Source: Octopus sinensis
Lineage: Eukaryota
Assembly: GCF_006345805.1 (NCBI RefSeq)
Contig: NC_043010.1
Location: forward strand, 62,124,001 to 62,188,000
Length of the DNA: 64,000 bases
Direction: 5' to 3'
Below are positions 32,371-45,944 of the stretch, one piece after another. Each line of letters opens with the position of its first letter. Positions within the stretch are counted from its first letter, which is position 1. The notes under the pieces are model-generated. The model saw only the letters and a program-made list of their open reading frames with translations, made no database searches and had not been told where the DNA came from. The position numbers were made by a program, and so were the translations under genes.

Positions 32371-32451
32371 TAACAATGTCCTCATACAGAATCTGGGACG
32401 ACACTGCTAATGATCATGGCTAACATCGTCATGGCAACCAATTAAGTAATT

Positions 32452-32832
32452 CTCTTACTCTTTTGTTCTTTTACTTGGCCCAGTCATTTGACTGCGGCCA
32501 CACTGGAGCACTGCATTGAAGGGTTTTAGTTGAACAAATCCACCACGGGACATATTTTTAAGTCCTAGTACTTATTCTATCAGTGGCTTTTGCTGAGCTG
32601 CTAGGTTATAGAGATGTAAACACACCAACACCAGTTGTCAAGTGATGATGGGGGGTGGCAGACACAGACACAAATCGATACACACACACAGTTTCCGTCC
32701 AACAGATCCACTCACAAAGCTTTGGTATGCTCGAGGCTATAGTAGAAGACACTTGCCCAAGGTGCCACACAATGGGACTGAACCCAGAACCATGTGGTTA
32801 GTAAGCAAGCTTCTTACCACACAGCCATGCCT
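32452..32832 (-). mobile_element. SINE family A
   Basis: Match to the family consensus. Confidence 0.88.
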
Positions 32833-33074
32833 GTTTGTTTATAATTTAGGAGCAAAGCCAGTAATTTTGAGGGGAGGGGTTAGTTAATAAAGTGAAAGTT
32901 TATAGCCTAGTGGTTAAGAAGTTGTACTCAATTTTTTTTCATTTGTTATTAGACTGTGGCCATGTTGGAGCACTCAAGTCTCTGGATTAAATATTTGCTG
33001 AGAGAGAGAGAGAGGAGGGAGAGTGAGAGATAGAGAGAGATTCTACCAAAGATTGTGGAATTAACTCACATTTT

Positions 33075-33246
33075 ATGGTACCCAGATGGTAGGGAGTGCA
33101 TATGTGTATGGTACCCAGTTTATATGCAGTAGCAAGTGTATGTATGATACCTCGACAGTAGGGTGTGTGTGCGTGTATGGTACCCTGAGAGTTGAGAGTG
33201 CATGTAAGGTACTCAAACGACTGGGAGTGCATGTAGATGGTACACA
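33075..33246. repeat. Degenerate minisatellite (gagtgcatgt..atggtacc, ~27-35 bp unit, ~6 copies)
   Basis: Recurring atggtaccc and gtgcatgt words. Confidence 0.7.
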
Positions 33247-33504
33247 AGATGATTTGCAGCAATACTGAACACATGAAATGTCTTTGAAAAAAACTGCCTC
33301 CTTCTTTAATGAGGTCCCCTATTTTAAAGATAACAGAGTTTGTGGAGAAATATTTGATTGAAAAGAAAAATAAATGAAATAACTACACACAAACAGCACC
33401 CTCCATTACTCAATGTGGTCTGTCAACCATTTTAAAAATGAAAGGGAGTTTGCAGGGGAGTATTTTGACTGCTATATTTAGCAGGTTGAGCTACTACACA
33501 GAAG

Positions 33505-33906
33505 CACTAGAGCTCGCTGAAACGTTAGCACACCGGGCGAAATATTTAGCAGCATTTTGTCTGCCGCTGCGTTCTGAGTTCAAATTCCACCGAGGTCGAC
33601 TTTGCCTTTCACCCTTTCAGGGTCGATTAAATAAGTACCAGGTATGCACTGGGGTCGATATAATCGACTTAATCCATTTTGTCCCCTCTGTGTTTAGCCT
33701 CTTGTGGGTAGTAAAGAAATAGGTATTTCGTCTGTTTTTACATTCTGAGTTCAAATTCTGCCAAGGTCGACTTTACCTTTCATCCTTTCGGGGTCGATTA
33801 AATAAGTACCAGTTACGCACTGGGGTCGATATAATCGACTTAATCCGTTTATCTGCCCTTGTTTGTCCTCTCTGTGTTTAGCCCCTTGTGGGTAATAAAG
33901 AAATAA
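33505..33906 (+). mobile_element. Family D head-to-tail dimer
   Basis: Second unit restarts at gtatttcgtctg (33723). Confidence 0.9.
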
Positions 33907-34515
33907 AGATTGGATGGAAAAGCAGGGAGTCTGAAGACAGCATTGAATGGCATTAGTTTCACAGTTCTGGAAGAATAACAAAGATGAGGAAGACAAAGAG
34001 TTTCCATCATACAGAAAAGATGACTGGATTCGCTGAGTCACTCAAAAGCACCCTCCAGCCTCTACTCCGCAACAGATGTACCGTCTCCTCTTTCTGCCTT
34101 TTTATATTGTACTGTAATGGCTTACGTCTTTCCCCGTATTTGTTGGATTTCAAAGTTTCGTATGGAATATTAATGACATCGATCTCACTGGTCTCTGAGG
34201 TACTGCAAAGGCCATGGTCCTTTAGATCCAGCTTCTGTGGAATTATGGCATTATACCGTTTCATAGTTATATGAAAGTGAAGAGGAGTTTTATGACACTG
34301 AAGCTGTGCTCCAGTTATGAAGGAGTGACAACATAAAGAATTGTAACAATTTCACAATTACATGGGAGCGGTGGAAGAGTTTTATGACACTGCACAGCTT
34401 CACAATCGTATAGGAGTGACAAGATGGAGAATTGTAACAGCTTCACAGCCATACACAGCTGGACACAAGGCTATGGCATTGTTCATCTACTCAAAACCTA
34501 GAGCCCAACAGAACC

Positions 34516-34741
34516 TGTTTCTTTACTACCCACAAGGGGCTAAGCACAGAGAGGACAAACAAGGACAGACAAACGGATTATATCGACCCCAGTGTGTAAC
34601 TGTTACTTATTTAATCGACCCCGAAAGGATGAAAGGCAAAGTCGACCTCGGTGGAATTTGAACTCAGAACGTAACGGCAGACGAAATACCACTAAGCATT
34701 TCACCTGGCGTGCTAACGATTCTGCCAGCTTGCCGCCTTCT
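34516..34741 (-). mobile_element. SINE family D with 14-bp TSD
   Basis: TSD agcccaacagaacc at 34502-34515 and 34742-34755. Confidence 0.92.
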
Positions 34742-35599
34742 AGCCCAACAGAACCATTGGTTGGTACAGATAAAGAAATGGTGTTTTAATATATAAGAGA
34801 TAATTGGCAACCTTTGCTGTTTCCTCGCCAGGGACGGGCTTCTCTGTGAAAATCCCTTCTGCCCTTCGACAGGTTTTATTTTGGGGTCACGACAAACCAC
34901 CATCATTATCATCATCATCACTATCATTTAATGTCCATTTTCCATGCTGGTATGGGTAGGATGGTTTGGTATGAGCTGGCAAGGCCAGGACCCACACCAG
35001 GTTCCATTGTGTTCTGCAGCTGGAAGCCCTTCCTGATGCCAACCATCTGACAGAGTGCATTGGGTGCTTTTTATGTGGTACCAGCACCAATGCTTTTTAC
35101 ATGGCACCTCAGTTTTCGGATATCAATTCTGTTGTGAAGGGCTTTTAACATGGCACCAGCAACCACTCTTTAACCCATATATGTCCATAAAAAAATTAAG
35201 TCTTAAAATTTCACTGTATTTAGATTAAATGTTATGGTAAGCGTTCGCAATCTGGAAGAGAGGGACAGTTTGCAACTGTTAGCTAAGGGTGTTGAGTAGC
35301 AACTGAACATTTCATAGGCTCAGTCAGATGTTTCCCAGTGAGTTCATGTCCAAACAACTAGGAGAAGGTTTTGCGTTGCGAAAACGCAACCAGGGGTATA
35401 TAAGGGTTAAAATTAATGAAGGAGATAGTCTTACTGTTGACCTCCAGGCCATGAAACACGGACATGACATAATACAGCTTGGCAAGCCATACAAGAGCAT
35501 TAAGGAGTACAATTTGTTGCATTGGTTGGGACGTAATACAGGGTGATGACTGATGTAGAATATGTGGTGTGTAGGTTGTGTTATAGGGTTGGGAGGTGA

Positions 35600-35920
35600 C
35601 TGATGGAGACCCCACTCCAGCCATTGACTTTTCAATGGGATATTTAAAAGAGGAAGTTCATGTCACAAAACAGGCAACGGTCGGTGGATTAAAAGGCAAC
35701 CACTGAATGCAAATGTGCACAAATATCGAATGAAATGTTTCTCGGCGCTTGTGATTCCATTGTTTTGTGTTTATCAGTAGAGCCTGGAGCAGAACAATTG
35801 TCAGTTTGAAAACAGGCAGTGATAAAAAGATTAAATTCTGTTTGTAGATCCTATTGAATTTTGGAAATAAAATGTATCTCAATAAACACTGATTTTATAT
35901 AAATTGCTGGGAGGGACACC
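35600..35920 (+). mobile_element. 3' end of a second copy of the Tc1/mariner element
   Basis: Aligns by eye with 12690-12965 (gggatatttaaaaga..gaaatgtttct..cagtttgaaaac..ctattgaattttg); ends gggacacc, like the TIR of 44153-44289. Confidence 0.78.
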
Positions 35921-36018
35921 ATATTTCATTTTATAACCATAATATATTATTATCAGAAAGCTATTAAATATATATACGTGTGTGTGTGTGTCTCTCTCTC
36001 TCTCTTTCTCTATATATA

Positions 36019-37015
36019 TCATCATCATCGTTGTCGTTTAACATCCACTTTCCATGCTGGCATGAGTTGGAAGGTTTGACTGAGGACTGGCGAACCAGAT
36101 GGCTGCACCAGGCTCCAATCTTGATCTGGCAGAGTTTCTACAGCTGGATGCCTGCCCTTCCTAACGCCAACCACTCCAAGAGTGTAGTGAGTGCTTTTAC
36201 TTGCCACCAGCACGAGGGTCAGTCAGGCAGTTCTGGCAATGGCCACGTTCAAAAGGTGCTTTTTACGTGCTACCTGCACGGGAGCCAGCCTGGGCAGCAC
36301 TGGCAACAATCAGGCTCGAATGTTGTTTTTCACGTGCCATTGGCACATGTGCCGAAATTGTGTGAATGTGTACAGAATAATATATCAGTTGAATAAGGTT
36401 AAATCATGGTCTGGTTTTCATGCTTTATACATATATATATAAAACGTACTGTTCTGTGATGGTAAGCTCAACAAAATAGTACTCCATCTAGTGAGAGATA
36501 AATATCATTTAATAGACATTGCAGGTGGCACGTAAAAAGCACCCACTACACTCACGGAGTGGTTGGCGTTAGGAAGGGCATCCAGCTGTAGAAACATTGC
36601 CAGATAAGACTGGAGCCTGGTGCAGCCTTCTGGCTTCCCAGATCCCCGGTTGAACCGTCCAACCCATGATATCATGGAGAACGGACGTTAAACGATGATG
36701 ATGATGATGATGAATTAATGTTTTGGACCTCACGGAGGCAGTGACCGAGACCTTTGGCATTATGTCATGCTGGAGAAGAAGAAGACCCATCAAGCAGAGC
36801 AAAATCACAATCATGGTAGATACAGGTGTCATGCCAGTGGCACATAAAAGCACCCATTACACTCTTGGAGCGGTTGGCGTTAGGTAGGACATCCAGCCAT
36901 AGAAAACCATGCCAAATCAGACTGGAGTCTGGTGCAACCCCTCAGCTTACCAGGCCTGGTCAAACTGTCCGACCCAATCCAGCACGGACAACAGACATTA
37001 AATGATGATGATGAT
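36019..37015. mobile_element. Cluster of three family C copies (- 36019-36350, + 36520-36712, + 36715-37015)
   Basis: 3' domain and (GAT)n tails. Confidence 0.85.
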
Positions 37016-37061
37016 ATACATGTGTGTGTGTGTGTGTATGTATATACACACATCTAGTACT

Positions 37062-37257
37062 ATGATTATCTGTACATATGATTATAAACAATCCTTGTCT
37101 TGTGCATGTCCCTTAATGCACACACACACAGTAAAGTTAATATAGATAAATGTGGTGTATGTGTGTGTGTAAGGAATTAATGACAAGGATTTTAATATAA
37201 ATGATCCTGGACTTTATAAGCATCGATGATGGCTTAACTAGCTGAAACTTCAAAGTC
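37062..37257 (+). mobile_element. Fold-back fragment ending in a decayed hammerhead (37223-37257)
   Basis: aatccttgtc..cctta..cacacac / gtgtgtgtaagg..gacaaggatt arms; UCGAUGA-U-GGCU-UAACU-AGCU-GAAA-CUU-CA-AAG-UC. Confidence 0.55.
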
Positions 37258-37260
37258 ACT

Positions 37261-37860
37261 CATCATCATCATAGTTTAACGTCTGATTTCCACGCTGGCA
37301 TGGGTCAGACGGTTTGACTGAGGACTGGCAAGCCAGGAGGCTGCACCAGGCTCCAATCGTGATCTTGCAATGTTTCTACAGCTGGATGCCCTTCCTAACC
37401 CTAACCACTCCAAGAGTGTAGTGGGTACCTTTTACATGCCACTAGCACGAGAGCCAGTCAGGTGGTACTGGTATCAACCATGCTTGAATGGTGTTTTCTA
37501 TGTGTCACCAGCACAGGTGCCAATCAGGTGGTACTGTCATCGGTCACAACAATGACTTCAGTTGACACAACAGGTCTTATTAAGCACAGTTTAATGCCCA
37601 ATGACTGAAGGACACTCTTAAATAGGCCGGTTATGCTGCACATATATATTTGTGTGTCTGTGTTTGTCCCCCTAACATCACTTGACAACCGATGCTGGTG
37701 TGTTTACGTCCCCATAACTTAGCGGTTTGGCACAAGAGACCGATAGGATAAGTACTAGGCTTACAAAGAATAAGTTCTGGGGTCGATCTGCTTAACTAAA
37801 GGCAGCGCTCCAGCATGGCCGCAGTCAAATGACTGAAACAAGTAAAAGAATAAAAGAATA
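37261..37860. mobile_element. Family C (-, 37261-37640) plus family A 3' half (+, 37645-37860)
   Basis: Matches to the other copies. Confidence 0.85.
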
Positions 37861-37876
37861 TGTGTGTATGCATGTG

Positions 37877-37964
37877 CAGTGTTTCTCAAACTGTGGGTCC
37901 CAACCTTCATTGGGTCGCGAATATAAATAAAAGGGGCCGTGATAAAAAAGTTTGGAAAACGCTG
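37877..37964. mobile_element. hAT/Charlie-like MITE
   Basis: TIR-like cagtgtttctcaaact / agtttggaaaacgctg; no clean 8-bp TSD. Confidence 0.6.
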
Positions 37965-38220
37965 GCCTCATGGTTAAGCTGTTGCACTCACGATTATTAG
38001 ATTGTGGGTTGGACTCCCTAATTGGGCAGGAAGTTGTATATTTGAGCAAAACACTTCATGTCACATTACCCCAGCCCCACTTCTGATCAAGGGGGGAAAT
38101 GTTGGCCAGCTCAACTAGCCAGTGGGGGGGGGTCATTTGAAGGTTAAAACAATGCAGAAGCACATTGTGACCAGTGATGTGTAACAGCACCTGACAGCCC
38201 GGTCGGTCACATAATCACAT
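37965..38220 (+). mobile_element. Old tRNA/CORE-like SINE carrying tail type 1
   Basis: ttgagcaaaacactt CORE-like segment; 38100-38215 matches the tail of 7260-7551. Confidence 0.7.
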
Positions 38221-38534
38221 GATGTATATTTATACATATATCACACACACACACACACACACACACAACGTACACATTTCAATGCACGCGGAGGTGTTGT
38301 CTAGAGTTTGATGTTAATAGCATTAATCTCACCGATTCCAGAGAGTCTACAGAGTCCATAGGTAGAGCTGTGATCACCAGACCTGGAAAATGATAGAATG
38401 AAATAATATAAATAAAGTGGAGAAAGAAGAAACTCAAGGACAGGAGATCGAATTCTTATTTATGAATTGTGTTGGTATATATGCATGTAAATAAGGCCAA
38501 GTGTGTGTTTGTGTATGATGCAGGGGTGTGTTCT

Positions 38535-39130
38535 GCAAGCTGGCAGAATCGTTAGCATGCCGGGCGAAATGCTTAACAGTATTTCGTCTGCTGCTATGTT
38601 CTGAGTTCAAATTCCGCCGAGGTCGACTTTGCCTTTCATCCTTTCGGGGGTCGATTAAATAAGTACCAGTTACGCACTGGGGTCGATGTAATCGACTTAA
38701 TCCGTTTGTCTGTCCCCTCTGTGTTTAGCCCCTTGTGGGTAGTAAAGAAATAGGTGTGTTCCCTCATCTTCATCATCACCAACACCACCACCACCACCAC
38801 TTAATACCCATTTCCCAACATGGTATGGATTGGATGGTTTGATAGGAGCTGGCCAGCCAGAAGACTAGGCTAAGCTCTAGTGTCTGCTTAGGCACGGTTT
38901 TCTACGGCTGGATGTCCTTCCTAACACCAACCACTTTACAGAGAGTGCTGGATTCTGTTTTATGTGGCACCAGCACAAGTGAGGTCGCTAAATAACTTGC
39001 AAGACAAGACCACCCCCACCTCAACTAAGAGGGGAGTAGTATTGAGGGAGGTAACTTTATCTCAGGCGATGAGAGGTTAAAGTACAACAAAGGGACAGGA
39101 ACAGGTACATTGCTATAGGGGAGATATATG
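38535..39130. mobile_element. Family D (+, 38535-38752, flanked by ggtgtgttc) plus old family C (-, 38790-39130)
   Basis: Matches to the other copies. Confidence 0.82.
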
Positions 39131-39319
39131 GTGACCCTAGCTGGAATAGAGAGAGGAGAGAGACAGACAAGGAGACAGAGAGAAAAAATGGCAGTGAAGA
39201 TGTGTTGGGGCATTTCCTCAAGTTACAGGAAACAAATGTGAAGTGGTCTCGAGGACTGGACCTGGTGAAGGGGGTAGGTAAGTTTGAAGAGTGTGAAAGG
39301 AGAGTAGAAAATAGAGGGA

Positions 39320-39700
39320 GAAAGTAGGTGTGTTTCTGTATGCAAATAAGGTAGGTGTGTATTTGTGTGTAAATGAGGCAGGTGTGGTTTTGTATGCAAA
39401 TATGGTAGGTGTGAGTATGTAAATAAGGTAGGTGTGTTTGTGTAGGTAAATAAGGTGTGTGTGTTTGTGTACGTAAATAAAGTAGGTGTATGTTTGTGTA
39501 AGTGGAAATATGTTAGGTGTGTATTTACGTATGTGAATGAAATATGCGTTTGTGTGTGTGTGTATAAGGTAGAAGTGTGTGTCTATGTCTAGCTGTGACT
39601 CATGTGGGTGCTTGTGCAAGTGAATGAGGTAAGCTTGTTTGTGTATGTATGTGAATAAGGTAAGTCTGTGTTTGTGAAACTAAGGTAGTTTTGTATTTTG
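39320..39700. repeat. Degenerate minisatellite (aaataaggtaggtgtgtttgtgt, ~24-28 bp unit)
   Basis: About 13 recognisable units. Confidence 0.85.
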
Positions 39701-39880
39701 TCTGTTTGAAGGTGTAGTTTACACAGACGATGCGTAGAGACAGAACGAGTGAATGAGATGTGTGTGTGTGTGTGTGTTACGTGTCTCAAAGAATGAGAGA
39801 TAATACAGCATTCTTGCTTGAGTGAGACGAAGTGTATGTACAGACGTGTGTGTGTCTATGTATCTGGATAAATACATGCA

Positions 39881-39916
<36 letters not shown>

Positions 39917-40379
39917 AACGCACGTGTGAACAAGGAAAATATGTATACAGTGAGAATGAGGGAGAAAGACATAATGCAACAGAGAGGGGGGGGGGCGAAC
40001 GGGTATTTGTTTTGAAAGGGGGGGGGGGGCATAGAAAATTGTAAAGAGGTGTGTGTGTGTGTATGAGTGAGTGTGTGTGTGTTCGGTTCCTAGACAAAAA
40101 AAAAACAAACTAAAGGAGAGATTTTGAATGAAACAAGATACGTAACCAGCATCAGATGGGAGTCGAGTAGAGAGCAAGCAAGCACTCGCCGTGTATTACA
40201 TCATGTAATAAAATGTCACACACACACACACGCACATATACACATACACATACACACATACAGTTGTAGGCAGTTGAAGATTCTCTTGAAACCCTTTAAT
40301 AGATTCTCAAAGCTAACACTACCGATTCTTTCGAAATTATACTCTCATGCACACAGGCATAATACGGCTTATTAAGTAG

Positions 40380-40528
40380 GTGTATACATACATACATATA
40401 TATATATATACAGATACATAAATATACATATATATATATATACATAAATATATCATATACATATATACATATACATAAATATACATACATATATATATAT
40501 ATACATACACATACATATATATACATAC

Positions 40529-40578
<50 letters not shown>

Positions 40579-40689
40579 ATATATACATACACATACATAT
40601 ATATATATATACATACACATACATATTATATATACATACACATACATATATATATACATACACATACATATATATATACATACACATAC

Positions 40690-40728
<39 letters not shown>

Positions 40729-41140
40729 CATATGTATATACATAAATATATATATACAGATACATAAATATACATACATACATGTATTATATATATACAT
40801 ACATATATATATATATAGATACATAAATATACATACATGCATATATGATACATATATTATACATACATATATATGCATACATACATATATACATATACAT
40901 ATAATTACATACGTATATACATATATATATGCATGCATATATATATATATACATACATATATACATACGTACATATACATATACACACGAACCCAAAATA
41001 TTTCAAATGCAAATCTATATGCATGCGTTGTGTATGTTGCATATATATATTATATATAATATATATATATATATTATATATATATATATATATACACACA
41101 CATACAATGCATGCATGCATGTATGTATGTATGTGTGTGT
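40380..41140. repeat. Long compound (TA)n/(CATA)n microsatellite
   Basis: Directly visible. Confidence 0.97.
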
Positions 41141-41156
41141 AGAAGTTGGCATTTAC

Positions 41157-41336
41157 CAGCCATGATGAAGGTTGACTGCGAGGAGGAGGTTCTTCAGTGT
41201 TTTAAAGAGAGAAAGAGAAAAAGCTTTTCGTTTCTTTCGATGCCCGTCTTTCTTCTTCCTTTCTGTTTTAACACAGCTCAATGTTACTCTGACATTTTGG
41301 CATCGTAGCAGCCTCAGCTTTGCAAGAGACATCGCA
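41157..41336 (-). other. Candidate 180-nt 5' UTR exon of the - strand ZNF gene
   Basis: Unique island between microsatellites, bounded on - by ...tgtggttgtag| and ctg|gtaaat. Confidence 0.5.
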
Positions 41337-41396
41337 CTACAACCACAACCCAAACACAAAACACAATCACACCATACTACACATACAGCTATATAC

Positions 41397-41433
<37 letters not shown>

Positions 41434-41524
41434 TATATATATGTAATATTTAATGTTTATATAGTGTATATATGTTTATAAGTGATTATATGTATAAATG
41501 AAAATGTATATAATTATATATATA

Positions 41525-41858
41525 TTCTTTTTAATTACTTGTTTCAGTCATTTGACGTCGGCCATGCTGGAGCACCGCCTTCAGTCGAACAAATCGAACC
41601 CAGGACTTATTCTTTGTAAGCCTTAGTAACTTATTCTATCGGATCTCTCTTGCCGAACCGCTACGTTACGGGGACGTAAACACACCAACACACACACACA
41701 TATACACAGTTTCCATCTACTAAATCCACTCAGAAGGTTTTGGTCGGCCCGAGGCTATAGTAGAAGACACTTGCCCAAGGTGCCACGCAGTGGGACTGAA
41801 CCCAGAACCATGTGGTTCGGAACCAATTTTTTTTTACCACACAGCCACTCCTGCGCCT
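41525..41858 (-). mobile_element. SINE family A with central deletion
   Basis: Match to the family consensus. Confidence 0.9.
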
Positions 41859-44152
41859 ATATACATATATATAAAAAACAAAATATTACATAAAATATAT
41901 ATATATATATATATATATATCTATACATATACAGGCGTGTGTGTTGTGTTGTGTCCTGGATTCTGGCAATGTTTATGAATTCTTTATACAAGAAACTGGA
42001 AAAACACATCCACACACACGCACAAACATTAAAACACCCGTAAACTTATTTGTTGTTCCACCTGAATTAAAGCCAAACCTTTCACCCTAACCCCCTACAC
42101 ACTCATACATGTATACACACACCACACAGTTTATATATATTATATATATATATATATAATATATATATATATCACAATTATCTCTTATCTTAGAAGCATA
42201 AAGCTAAAGGACTACTTCTTTCTATCTGAAATGTAGAAATGAAATTCATATAAATGTCAGCATGGCATAATTATACCACATACGGCGCAACGGTCTGACA
42301 TAGCAGTGTACATATACACATACATACACACACAAACATACATTCATGTGTTAGTATGTGTATACATATGTGTGTGTGTGTGTATGAATTGTGTTTCATA
42401 ACAATGCAATAATTTAGGTGTATAAAGTACGGGTGTGTAGAATTGGCTACACTGACAAACTGTTATACACGTATGTAGTATATAAACCACACAGGAAGTT
42501 TGTATCACAGAGCCACGGGTGGTCTCGGGTGGATAAGCATTAAAAGGGTCAATGGGTATGCAAGCTTTCAGTATTTTGTGTATGTATATGTGTGTGTGTG
42601 TCTATATACATATATATGCATTCGTATGTATTCATATACGCATTGGGGGGAGGGGTCTTGAAGAAATGTGAGAATTGAAAAATTGGTACCCGGATAGGGC
42701 TTATAGTGAAGATAAAATACACCCTCATTTGTGAACTAGTCTCGTCTTTATTTAGACTAAGTTAAACACACAGACATACACATATAAAGATAGATAGATA
42801 GATTATAAAGGTAAGTATTCGTGTGGAGGGAGAAATATGCTGTTAAATGCCAAAAAGATATCAGATAAACAAACGTATCATAAGTGGAGTGCTACATGCG
42901 TTTTATAATATATAAATATATATATACATACATACACGAGTATATATACATTGTTGCATGTGTACATGTATATTTAAACATACAAGTGTTGTCAAAACTT
43001 CGTTTCCAGACAGAAAACAAATCGACCTGGCTGAGTGTAATGAAGGGTGGTTTAAGGGAAGCTAAAGGTCAAGAGAGGTACTAAGTCGAGCATTTAACAG
43101 ACATTACAAAAAATACCAATAGATTATTTTCCACAAAGGCGACGTAATGGGGCAACATTGCAATTAGTAAATTAACCATCTTAAATTATTTAGTAATTAT
43201 AATGATTTCTCAGGTGTTACAGAATAGTTTGTTGGGTGTAAACACCTTTATGTTACTGGAGAATGACAAATATACAAAGTCGGTCGAGCAGGATTTGAAC
43301 TTACAAAAGGATAGAAGTAAATATTGTTTATGCATTCAACCGGGGCTAAATGGCTTCTAGGCCCTTAAGGCACAAGGTAAATAATTTTGAGTCGATTTCA
43401 CAGGATCCCAGATCTTGACTGATACTTTATTTCAATGACCCTAAAATAAGGCGAAAGACGAAGTTGACCTGATGGTGTTTAGCTCTAGGTCACTCCAAAT
43501 CAAGCAGACCTATGACTGTGGAGCCATTCCAGTCAGGACCATCCCATCTGTTTTCTTCGCAAAGTAACAAGGAATACATTATCCATTGTAGTATCCTTCC
43601 GTTTCATGACTGTAGTGTCTTAGTTTAGAGAGATTTGGTTGCTATTTCTAGCATGACGAACGACTACGTAAAGGCACCCTCGTGAGCAAATATTTTAAGG
43701 TAGGGAGCAGAATAGAAACAGTTTATGGGACACGGCTGTATTCGTTTGAAACGATGCATATGAACCCCAATACACCACTGGTATTTTTAACCATCACATC
43801 TGTAGTATAGCCCAGATATCGGCATGAAGAGGAAGATCGCGAGTTCAAATCTCAACCGATCAAGATCCCCTCACCCACTTTCAATTTTACGAAATCCAGG
43901 TACCTTTTGACACAAATCAGTCATAAAATAAGGCAATGGGAGGTTGTGGCATTCATGCTGTTCTCTATTCTTTATGATGAAATCAAGTCTTAAATATTAA
44001 CCGGGAACTATATCAACTAAAATACATTAGTAGCCGGTTCTTGTTTCCAAAAACATTTCCAGTTGACAGGAAACAGACCAGCTTGGTGATCGAAGTTATT
44101 GAAAAGTTGTTATTGTAATCGATTTACTAATATATATATATATATATATATA

Positions 44153-44289
44153 CAGGGTGTCCCCCAAAAAATGTATACACACCTTAAATAATTGTAAATT
44201 TGTTATTCTTTGTAAGCCTACCTAGTACTTATTCTATCGTTCTCTTTTGGCCGAACCACTATGTGTATACATTTTTTTGGGACACCCTG
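44153..44289. mobile_element. Tc1/mariner-type MITE in a (TA)n tract, interior derived from SINE A
   Basis: TIRs cagggtgtcccccaaaaaatgtatacac / gtgtatacatttttttgggacaccctg flanked by TA. Confidence 0.88.
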
Positions 44290-44310
44290 TATATATATAT
44301 ATATATATAC

Positions 44311-44351
<41 letters not shown>

Positions 44352-44892
44352 GAGTGAGAGAGTGAGAGAGAGGAGAGAGAGCACACATGTACATACACAT
44401 ACAGAAATATATCTACATTATGAGCTTCGTACATATGTAGACGTGTATGTATATGTGATATATATATACACATACAAACATACGTGAGTGTGTATTTGTG
44501 TGCCAGGGGGGAATCTGTTTGCAAGTCAGATAATTCACCGAATTTAACAATCTAGTAGTCAGGACTACCGACGTATAAGATCAAATAACAACGACAGCAA
44601 CTCCCACCAAGGGGCTGGAGAAAAAGAAATTCTAAATTCTCACAACAGATTTAAGCTATACATGTATGTGTGTGTGTGTGAGTATCTAAATATGAGCTTG
44701 AAAGAGACACTCCATGTATATATATATATATAGATATATATATATATCATAGTATTATAGGTATTTATGTTTATACTTGTATGTAAGTTTGAAGTTAAAG
44801 CTATGCAATTGTTGTGTATGTGTATTTATCTGTACGGGTGTTTTCGGGGTGGAATATCTAAGTAATGTGTTTGAAGGAGACAGGCTATGTAT

Positions 44893-44937
<45 letters not shown>

Positions 44938-45782
44938 AATACTATATATATATATATATATATGCATTCTTCGGTATATGGTATTTATATGTGTGTATTT
45001 TTGTACCTGTACGTGAGTATTTTTGAAGGTAAATCTATATATGTGTGTATTTAGTAATCACTATGCTAGTGCGTTTGAATGAGGCCTGTGTGTGTGTGTG
45101 TGTGTGTAAACATGTGTATCTCTATGCGAATTCGAAGGAGAGACTCAATATTTGTGTGTCTTATAAGCAAGGGTGTTTATAAAGAGTGTCTAGGCGTGCG
45201 TTTGTTAGAGTATGTGTGTATATATTTAAAACAACAAACAAAAGAAAAAAGGTCCGATCAGCAATGAGAAGAAAGGAAACAAAAAAAATAAAAAGAAAAG
45301 AGACGGAACATGTAAACAGATATGAAACGAAAGGGGAGAAGCTAGTGAAAAGTTTTAAGATTCTACAGTTAGGCAATTGGGACGGGAGGAAGTTGGAGAG
45401 AAAAAAACAAGGTGAGGTGTGGTGTCACACGTACACACATACATACATGCATCCACACACACACACATATATATGTAAGTGTGTGTATACCTATGTGTGT
45501 GCGTAAATAGTCAAGAAATGCTAATTAAAAACAAATTTTAAGAATATCTCAACATTTTCTGATGGTGCATAGTCAGTCATATGGATCAATTTGTATGGGA
45601 CTTCAATGTATGTGTGTGTGATTATATATATATATATAGAGAGAGAGAGATAAATAGATAGATATATATAGTGCCCCAGCATGGTCACAACCTTTGGGCT
45701 GGAACACATAAGGGAATAAATATATTCGTACACACACACACATATATATACACACATACATAGACACATGCATATATACACT

Positions 45783-45911
45783 GTTGTTGTTTAACCCCCA
45801 AGTCAATCTTGATCGAGCAGACCTAGATCAAAGGCGCTCCAGCTGTGACCATCTGTCCTTTTCTAAACAAAGCGTATCTAGGACAACATTATCAAATGTG
45901 TCTTCTATATC

Positions 45912-45944
<33 letters not shown>

